DNA of 64,000 nucleotides from Vulcanimicrobiota bacterium (GTDB lineage Bacteria; Vulcanimicrobiota; Xenobia; Xenobiales; JADMJV01): NCBI GenBank assembly GCA_050250895.1, contig JBFWNU010000004.1, positions 96,001 to 160,000 of the forward strand, read 5' to 3'. Shown piece by piece: positions 57,300 to 64,000 of this stretch (position 1 is its first letter; each line of letters starts with the position of its first letter). The notes under the pieces were generated by a model. It saw only the letters and a program-made list of their open reading frames with translations, ran no database searches and was not told where the DNA came from. The position numbers and the translations under genes were made by a program.

Positions 57300-58129
57300 C
57301 ACTTTTCGTAGTGCCAGCGGTCGCGGGGCTTCTGCTCGTGGGCGTCGAGCTGGTCGAAGGGTAGATGCCCTGGCCACTCGCCCACCTGCTCGACTCCACG
57401 CTCGTTGATCTCGTAGACCAGCGTGTCCTCGACGTACAGACAGTTGTGGGTGCCGCCCTCGATGTGCACTCCGAAACGATGCTCGCAGCCAGGAATCTTC
57501 TCGACCCGACCCACCGAGCGATAGACATCTCTCCAGCCCGGGTTGCGAGTCATCTTGGCGCCAATCTCTTCGTAGCGTCCGGTTTCAGGGTTGTGCTTGA
57601 CGGCGATGAAGAGATCCCGGCACTCGTATTCTCCATCATCCAGCCAGGTCGGTCCGCCCTCATACTGAGTCGGCAGTAGCACGATATCCTGGTCTTTGCC
57701 CATCACCAGCGGGGCGGACAGCAGCCACTTGAAATCAGACTTGACGTCCATGGGAAGATTCTGTTCGACTCCGGCCGAGGTCAATTCGGGGTCGGGATAG
57801 GGGCGATTGAGACGAGGCTCGCCCAGCACACGATGGCGCTCGCGAATCTGATAGGCGCCGCCTTTGGCTCCTACGTCATGCAGTTCTTGCCGGCAGCGAG
57901 CCGTATTGCCCTCGGGAGGCGCGATGATGGCCAGTTGAGTCCAGGCGTCTTCCACCAGCTGGGCCGATTTCTGAGCCACGGTATCGGCCGGCGGCAAGAA
58001 GCGAGTGTAGGTCAGGGCCTCGACGGGTTGGGACGGACTAAAGGTATCGGTAGGTCCCTGTTCAGGGTTGGCGCGGTGGGTGGCGCGGTGCAAATTTAGA
58101 TTGTTGAGGCGTGTTACCGGGCTGACCAT
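57296..58129 (-). CDS. Orphan protein with low-complexity N-terminus
   Basis: 277-aa ORF with host-like codon usage and a shared promoter motif. Confidence 0.7.
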   Translation of the reverse strand: MVSPVTRLNNLNLHRATHRANPEQGPTDTFSPSQPVEALTYTRFLPPADTVAQKSAQLVEDAWTQLAIIAPPEGNTARCRQELHDVGAKGGAYQIRERHRVLGEPRLNRPYPDPELTSAGVEQNLPMDVKSDFKWLLSAPLVMGKDQDIVLLPTQYEGGPTWLDDGEYECRDLFIAVKHNPETGRYEEIGAKMTRNPGWRDVYRSVGRVEKIPGCEHRFGVHIEGGTHNCLYVEDTLVYEINERGVEQVGEWPGHLPFDQLDAHEQKPRDRWHYEKC

Positions 58130-58135
58130 ACTGCC

Positions 58136-58167
58136 AGTCTAGTGGACCGCCCCTAACAGAATCTGAA
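58136..58167 (-). promoter_or_regulatory. Direct-repeat box + -10, leaderless
   Basis: TTCAG-N6-TTAGG-N10-TAGACT-N6-ATG. Confidence 0.7.
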
Positions 58168-58170
58168 AGG

Positions 58171-58923
58171 TTAGGCGTAGATGAAATCGGTCTTGGTTCC
58201 GTCAAGCGTGTCCGAGCATTGACGCAAAGCCTCGAGCAGCCGTCGCGCCCCGGGCTCGCTGGCCGACTGGCCGTCTTCGAGCGGAATGCGGAAAGAGAAC
58301 TCGGCTAACAAAGGGGACTTGCCTTCATACCAAAGGCTCATGCCGGCCTTGGCGGTGGAGCCATCGGGAAGGGTGACCCGGCCTAGTTTGAAGTTCTTCT
58401 CCTGGACCTGGCGGTCTTTGACTCGGTTCAGCTCCTCGTCAGGCAGGTCCAACCCCGGAAAGAGCTTCTGGCAATCGGAGATGCGGTCAGGTAGATGGTC
58501 GACCTCGATGGTGTTGCTCTGGCTGAACAAATCGCGTCGGGTGACGTCCATCTCGAACTTGGGCTCGCCCGGGACGGTCGACGAAAGGTCCTTAGAGGCG
58601 GCGTCTTCGCGATCGAGGCTGCGATACTTGAGGGTGAGTTCGGTCTCGCCAGCCTGGCGCACGCGCAGCAGATAACCGTGGTCGCGCAGTTCGAAGTCGT
58701 CGGTGTCGAGAAACGAGATGGTGCGCTCGCCCTCGGGAGCGAGTTCTTCGCCGCTGTCGTAGCCGAGTTGTCCGGCCACTTCCTGCACTTTGTCCCAGTA
58801 GTCCTCGACACCCTCGCGGGCGTCCTCGAAAGCGTCGGGCTTGAGCAACAGCTTGAATTCAGCCGAGACGGGCTGGACAGACCGGGCCGTCGTCGGCGCT
58901 CGCAGCGGGCTGGAGATGGTCAT
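58171..58923 (-). CDS. CYTH-like (triphosphate tunnel) domain protein
   Basis: EFK, FLDT.DF.L...GY.LRVR, LTLKYR, EFSF. Confidence 0.75.
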   Translation of the reverse strand: MTISSPLRAPTTARSVQPVSAEFKLLLKPDAFEDAREGVEDYWDKVQEVAGQLGYDSGEELAPEGERTISFLDTDDFELRDHGYLLRVRQAGETELTLKYRSLDREDAASKDLSSTVPGEPKFEMDVTRRDLFSQSNTIEVDHLPDRISDCQKLFPGLDLPDEELNRVKDRQVQEKNFKLGRVTLPDGSTAKAGMSLWYEGKSPLLAEFSFRIPLEDGQSASEPGARRLLEALRQCSDTLDGTKTDFIYA

Positions 58924-58956
58924 GACTCGAGCTTAACCGATGGTCGCCCCAGAAGG

Positions 58957-59727
58957 TTAACGACTCGTTGCCAACCGGGTGAAGGCATCCAACTCGTCGA
59001 CCACGGTCTGGTGCAGATAGTCGACAGTGATATCCCAGACCTGTTCCGCCTGCCTGGCGTAGTCAGTCGACCGGGGTAACGGACGACCCTGGACCCCATC
59101 GGTGCTGCGCAACTCGGCCGGAATGCCCAGGACCCTCGGCATCTGATCGTCAAAAGCGTGAGCCTTAGCGAATTGCTGCAGTCGTTGCCTGCGTTCGGGT
59201 GTGAAATAGCTTTCTCCGAGCAGGCCGTAGCAGAGCAAGAACTCCTTCCAATCGGCGTGCCGTCCGACCTCTTCTCCCAACGCGGCTTCGATGGTCCGGT
59301 CACAATCAAAGACGTTGAGCACCAGCACCGGCCGAACCCGGTCCCGGCTCCGGCGGTACTGCTCCATCACTAACTCGAAGCCAATCTCTTTGAGCGAGCC
59401 CACGATCGACCCGTGTGAATTCACTACCACCAGACTCTCGAACGGGGCTCCCAGGATTGCCCGACAAACTTCGCGCAAGTAAGCTCGAAAAGGGTCGGCC
59501 GCCACCGACACGGTGCCGGCGAAGTTCACGTTGGGCTCGGTGGTCGTATAGGCCAACAACGGGAAGACGTGGGCGTTCCCCAGCCGTTCTGCCAATCGAT
59601 GGGCGGCCGCTTGAGCGATGAGATTGTCGGTGTCCAACGGCAGGACCGGGCCGTGCTGCTCGTAGCAGCCTACGGGCAAAATAGCCACTGACGGGGCTTG
59701 TTCGAGCAGTTCGCGATAGCTGAGCAT
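58957..59727 (-). CDS. Creatininase-family amidohydrolase
   Basis: LPVGCYEQHGP.LPLDTD, FAGTVS, VNSHG, HA..E. Confidence 0.9.
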   Translation of the reverse strand: MLSYRELLEQAPSVAILPVGCYEQHGPVLPLDTDNLIAQAAAHRLAERLGNAHVFPLLAYTTTEPNVNFAGTVSVAADPFRAYLREVCRAILGAPFESLVVVNSHGSIVGSLKEIGFELVMEQYRRSRDRVRPVLVLNVFDCDRTIEAALGEEVGRHADWKEFLLCYGLLGESYFTPERRQRLQQFAKAHAFDDQMPRVLGIPAELRSTDGVQGRPLPRSTDYARQAEQVWDITVDYLHQTVVDELDAFTRLATSR

Positions 59728-59741
59728 GGCCCGCGCTTTCG

Positions 59742-60899
59742 CTAGTAGGCCCCGAACGCCTCGTAGCTCTGGTTATGGATATGTCCCGGCCGGGTCATCA
59801 GGGTGCGAATCCCCAACTCTTGAGCCAGCCGGTCGGCCCCCTCCAGCGGTCGGGCAGCCGCGTCCCAGAGGTGGAAATCGCCGAACATCTGGCGCGGTAG
59901 TTCGCCCCAGCGCACCGCCCGAACCAGACTCCGCATCCGCGGCGCGTCGACGTTCTTGAGCGTCAATCGGGGCACCTGGCGGGCCTCGAACCAGCCCGCG
60001 TATTCACGAAGAAACTGCAGCCAGTCCTCACCCAGGACGCGTCCCAGGTGATCGATCTCGGCCGATTCGAAGCCCTCCCGATGAAACATTCGCAGTTGAG
60101 CCAGGGTGTGCGCCTTCCAACCGTTGGCATCCCAACGTCGCATCCAGCCAGAGCGACAGGGGTCGATGCCCTGTTCGCGCGCGGCCGCGGCCAGTCGCCG
60201 CCGGGTCTGGGGGTGCCAACGGTCGGCCTGGGGACCGCCCGGGCCCTCCAGGTAGACGTGACGGCGAAGCCCCAGCCGGCGGGCCTCCTGGTCGGTCCGT
60301 TCCCAGCCCGGCTGAGTCGGATCGACCCCGATCATGACGTTGCGGCCGTAGCGACGGGCCAGGCTGGCTACCGCCTCAGAGCCGATGGGCTGGCTAGCGA
60401 AGGCGAAATAGCAGGGCGGGGATCCCCGCCAGGAGGCCGGCTTCCCCAGCCGCCCCAACTGCTCGGGCGGTCGTCCGAACATCCCGAAGACGCGGACAAA
60501 ACCGGTCAGTTGGCGGCTCTTGAGGCTGTGCTCTCGGTGGCGCACAAAGCCACTCGCCTCTACCGTAGAGAACAGGTCGCCCCGGCGGGCGACCACCAGG
60601 CCCAGCTGTGACCGGCCGTTCTTTCTCCAGATAGCGATGTCGCCGGCACGAAGCGTCTGGGGGTTTCGCAAGGCCGGTCCGGCCGACAGAAATCGACGCC
60701 TGCGCTGGCGCCCCCAGGCCAGGATAGAAACGATGGTGGGGTCGACTGGCAGGCTCAGCCCGCCGGCCTCGACCGCCAACAAGACCAGTTCGACACTGCC
60801 CAGTCCGCTTTTTCCGAGCTGGGACATCGCCCACTCTACTGCCCGTTCGGCCCGCGCGTCATTGCCGAATCTGGCCTCTTGAGATAAGAACATGCACAA
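59742..60899 (-). CDS. Two-domain protein: degenerate CHAP-like N-terminus + unknown C-terminal domain
   Basis: A..WA.SQLG, GDIAIW, GLVV, TVE and TGFVR pattern without the catalytic Cys/His. Confidence 0.55.
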   Translation of the reverse strand: MCMFLSQEARFGNDARAERAVEWAMSQLGKSGLGSVELVLLAVEAGGLSLPVDPTIVSILAWGRQRRRRFLSAGPALRNPQTLRAGDIAIWRKNGRSQLGLVVARRGDLFSTVEASGFVRHREHSLKSRQLTGFVRVFGMFGRPPEQLGRLGKPASWRGSPPCYFAFASQPIGSEAVASLARRYGRNVMIGVDPTQPGWERTDQEARRLGLRRHVYLEGPGGPQADRWHPQTRRRLAAAAREQGIDPCRSGWMRRWDANGWKAHTLAQLRMFHREGFESAEIDHLGRVLGEDWLQFLREYAGWFEARQVPRLTLKNVDAPRMRSLVRAVRWGELPRQMFGDFHLWDAAARPLEGADRLAQELGIRTLMTRPGHIHNQSYEAFGAY

Positions 60900-61041
60900 C
60901 TACTCCCTCCGGTATCACCTATTCAGGGTAATCAGCCAACGTGGTCCAACCTTTGTGGAGATGGGGATGCAGGGTTAAAGGAATGTAACAATCTTCGGGC
61001 CGGCATGAGGTGATTTTGGCGGCCTGGTCGAATCAAGAGGC

Positions 61042-62550
61042 GTGATGACTGAAAATCCGATGTTCTACCTGCTCGACTCCAAACAGGCTCGCGACCACGA
61101 GATGAGCTACGAAGCCCGCGCCTTCGGAATGATCGGGCTAGGTCTGGTAGTCCTCTGGGTTTTGACCGGCATCTACTTCGCGGCCTTCGAAGGAATGAAT
61201 GGCTACACCCAACTCGCCTACGGCTGCCTGCAGTTTCTCGCCTACCCGTTGGCGGTGGCGATCCTGATTGGCGGACCGCTCCGCCAGTTGCAGAGCGATG
61301 CCTCCTTGCACGCCTCTTTGCTCAATGGCCGCTGCTACAGCGAGATCCTGGGGACGCTGGCCAAACCGAGCGCCCTGATTGACGGGGTGGCCCGCCATTC
61401 GGCGCGGGCCGTGCTGGCCGGTTGGAAGTGGGCCCTGGCCGTGGCCCTGGTTGGTATGCTGGCCGGTGCGCCGCCGCTGGCCATGCTGGTGGCCTCCCTG
61501 ATCTGGGTGCCCACGGTGACGCTCTTGACCTGGTCTGGTTCCTACCTGGCCCAGCAGTTGTCCATGTGGAACACTCAATTACGCGATACCAACCTGGGCA
61601 CGTTGGCCGACTTGATGGCCGGCCTGACCACGGCCGTGCCGGCCGCCTTCAGCCTGCTGACCGCGCTTTCTACCATCTTCTGGCTACCCGCGGTCGGAGT
61701 GCCGGCTCTGTTGATCTATCTCGGCTTCACGGTGGGTCTGGCCCGCTACCTCTGCCTGGTCGGGCTCGAGCGCCTGCCCGGCCTGCACAGCCGCGCCGAG
61801 CAGGCGGGGCGCAAACTGCTGGGCAACCGGCGCAACCTTTTTATTCGGCCCTTCAGCCAAAACCCGGTGGTGGCCCGTGAGTGTCAGCGTGACGCGGCCC
61901 GCATCCCCCTCGGCCTCTTCGGTTGGCTGCTCTTTCGCCACAACGTCGTGTGGTGCTTCGGCCTGCTCCTCTATCTGATGGGCCCGCCGGCCAATGCCAA
62001 CCAGGCCCAGGATTTTTTCTGGCTCCTGTTGACCGGGCTGGCCTTCATCCAAGCCCTGCGGGCGGCCCGCCGTACGCTGGGGGCGGTGGTGACCGAACTC
62101 GAGCAGAAAACCTTCGACGCGCTGCAAACCACCAACCTGCGCCATACCGAGTATGTCGACGGCTGGTTGGCCGTGGGCACGGTGCCCATCTGGCTGCAAA
62201 ACCTGGTCTTGACCGTTCCGCTGTGCGCCCTGGCGGCCCAGGGCCAGCTCGAGCCGGTCGCGGCCCTGCTGGCCTGGCTTGCCCTGATGTTGATGCCGGC
62301 CTTCGGCGCAGCCCTGGGACTGTATGCTTCGGTCGCCTCGTCGCGCGCTGAAACTCATCAAAGGCTCTCCAACGCGGTGGTCTTCTCCGGCGTGTTGGCT
62401 AGCGTGCTGTTGGTGTGGTTGGCGATGCAGACCAGCCAAACCATCTCGGGCACGATGGTCGGCCTGTTCATCTGCACCTTCCTGACCATTGGCTTCCTGG
62501 TTGCCCGCCAACAGGTGGTGGCCCAGACCGGTCACTCGGCCCGCCGATAA
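61042..62550 (+). CDS. Multi-pass membrane protein, ABC-permease-like
   Basis: ENPM and QNPVVAREC motifs open two similar halves. E.EQKTFDAL..T motif. Confidence 0.65.
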   Translation: MMTENPMFYLLDSKQARDHEMSYEARAFGMIGLGLVVLWVLTGIYFAAFEGMNGYTQLAYGCLQFLAYPLAVAILIGGPLRQLQSDASLHASLLNGRCYSEILGTLAKPSALIDGVARHSARAVLAGWKWALAVALVGMLAGAPPLAMLVASLIWVPTVTLLTWSGSYLAQQLSMWNTQLRDTNLGTLADLMAGLTTAVPAAFSLLTALSTIFWLPAVGVPALLIYLGFTVGLARYLCLVGLERLPGLHSRAEQAGRKLLGNRRNLFIRPFSQNPVVARECQRDAARIPLGLFGWLLFRHNVVWCFGLLLYLMGPPANANQAQDFFWLLLTGLAFIQALRAARRTLGAVVTELEQKTFDALQTTNLRHTEYVDGWLAVGTVPIWLQNLVLTVPLCALAAQGQLEPVAALLAWLALMLMPAFGAALGLYASVASSRAETHQRLSNAVVFSGVLASVLLVWLAMQTSQTISGTMVGLFICTFLTIGFLVARQQVVAQTGHSARR

Positions 62551-62563
62551 CACCGCTCGACGG

Positions 62564-63874
62564 GTGAGCGACTTCCAACAACACCTCCAGGCTCTGGCCG
62601 CGGAGGGTCGCCTCGACTCGAGCGGAAAGTTCTCGCTCAACCTCGCAGCCGCTCGCTCGAAGATCGCCAGCCACCAGTTCAGCGAGCCGAACTTCTATCT
62701 GCTCAAGCTGGTTCAGGCGGCGGTGGCCATGGGAGCCTACTTTATCGATATCCGGCCCGGCTCCAAAGAGGTCGAGGTGCTGTTCGGAGGCGGCCCCGAG
62801 ACCAGTCTGGTCTCGCTGGGCGAGTTGGGCGCTCAATTGCTGACTCCTCTGGGCGGCCAGCCCGGGGTGGCTCGCCACCTGGCCCTGGGAATTCTGGCCG
62901 GCCCGGGCCTGAATCGTCAACTGGAAGTCATCGGCCCTGAGGGCGGCTTTCGCCTCAAGGTCACTCCTGATGCGGCCCCCACCGAGGAGCTGACCTCCTA
63001 CCCCGCCTGGTGCAGCCGCCCGGGCGAGAAGTGGTGCCGGCTGACCTACGACCGCCGAGCCAACGAGCAGCAACGTCGCCGCGAGATCGAGCTGGTCAAG
63101 TTCCGCTGTCGCCGGGCTCCGCTCTTGCTGGCCATCGACGGCAGCGCTCGCCTCGAAGGGTGGGACGCCCCGGTGGCGGGCGACTGGCACGAGCAACTCA
63201 CCGCCCCCTTCTACCTGCTCGAGGGCTATCTGTCCGGCCAGGCGATGACCTTTCCCAAGCCTATCGGCATCGAACAGGCCGACCAGCACGACGGTCTACG
63301 CTTTCGCTCCACCCGCGGCCTGCTCGAGCGCGGTTTTCCCACCTTCGCCTACCGCTGTCTGCCCGACCCGACTCCGGAGCGCTGGAACTGCTCGATGGCC
63401 TACGCCATCGCCAGCCATCTCAGCGAGCGGGACGCGCTGGTGACCTTCGTCAAAGATGGCGTCAGCCTCGAGCCCGTCTACGCCAACCTCGGCATCCCCG
63501 GCCTTTCCGCCTATGTCGACGGCAGCCAGGTTCAGGTTGACCTGTCCGAGTTCGCCGTGGTCAACGACCAGCCAGGCGTGACCCGGGCCCTCGACGATCT
63601 GCGCCAGGCGGTAGCCCACTCCCTGCGTGCTTTACGCCCTCACGTCGACCAGATGCCGACCTACTCGCCAGCCCTCAAAGGCACCGTGGGCATGCGGCTG
63701 GCCAGCGCCCTCGAAGGCTTCATGGACGGGGCCGCCACCCACGGCGGGGGCTTGCTGGGAGCGGCCATCTCGGGCCTCTTCGGCTTTGCCACCGGCGGCC
63801 ACGAGGACCCCCAGTTTCGCTTCCGCTACGGCGTATCGGATCGGCTCTACTGGAGCAGCAAAGCAGCCCACTAA
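62564..63874 (+). CDS. Degenerate HtpG/GHKL-like family protein, paralog 3
   Basis: EGRLDSSGKFSL...YLLKLVQAAVAMGA, RC..AP....IDG, FVKDG...DLSEF. GTG start. Confidence 0.75.
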   Translation: MSDFQQHLQALAAEGRLDSSGKFSLNLAAARSKIASHQFSEPNFYLLKLVQAAVAMGAYFIDIRPGSKEVEVLFGGGPETSLVSLGELGAQLLTPLGGQPGVARHLALGILAGPGLNRQLEVIGPEGGFRLKVTPDAAPTEELTSYPAWCSRPGEKWCRLTYDRRANEQQRRREIELVKFRCRRAPLLLAIDGSARLEGWDAPVAGDWHEQLTAPFYLLEGYLSGQAMTFPKPIGIEQADQHDGLRFRSTRGLLERGFPTFAYRCLPDPTPERWNCSMAYAIASHLSERDALVTFVKDGVSLEPVYANLGIPGLSAYVDGSQVQVDLSEFAVVNDQPGVTRALDDLRQAVAHSLRALRPHVDQMPTYSPALKGTVGMRLASALEGFMDGAATHGGGLLGAAISGLFGFATGGHEDPQFRFRYGVSDRLYWSSKAAH

Positions 63875-63908
63875 AAAAAGAGCCCCCCACCCGAGGCGGG
63901 CGAGGGGC
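63873..63908 (-). terminator. Intrinsic terminator-like hairpin
   Basis: A-tract followed by GCCCC..CCC...GGG..GGGGC. The U-tract lies on the minus strand, so it would serve a convergent gene. Confidence 0.6.
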
Positions 63909-64000
63909 ATATCAGGAATGTGACAAGGCTGAGTCTACTCTCGCCAACGGTGCGAAACAGTGATCGCTATCACCGTTTCCTGACGTGATTCAGCCGAGCA

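Noticed and set aside
1-64000. tRNA/rRNA genes or an integrase at island ends
   Set aside because: No cloverleaf, rRNA signature or recombinase motif was recognised by eye.

Overview
GC-rich bacterial window, probably from a diderm lineage. The lineage-style paralog families and abundant CTCGAG suggest Ca. Eremiobacterota/WPS-2, which is inference only. All calls are from reading motifs by eye; no database search was run. Main content: (1) a hidden SelW/Rdx-type selenoprotein (CxxU, in-frame TGA plus SECIS hairpin) at 4703-4951; (2) a ~12.5-kb island (9607-22111) that appears to be inserted in-frame into a host membrane-protein gene and carries a Gabija-like OLD nuclease/UvrD pair, IS256, IS66, decayed genes and a TPR-CHAT protease; (3) a kup-kdpE-kdpD-kdpE operon; (4) a lasso-tailoring-like locus (29.2-38.5 kb) with no lasso cyclase or peptidase, whose PqqD/RRE protein carries its own YxxPxL leader-like tail ending in Ser, next to a kinase, nucleotidyltransferase, three glycosyltransferases, sulfotransferase, acyltransferase and ABC exporter; (5) a trans-envelope FecR-TPR-beta-barrel / beta-helix lipoprotein / CHASE2-cyclase / DUF928-like / exported CHAT module; (6) a set of orphan genes sharing an identically spaced direct-repeat promoter, most of them also sharing a short beta-strand peptide motif, suggesting an undescribed regulon or export signal; plus a MazEF-type TA pair and assorted enzymes.
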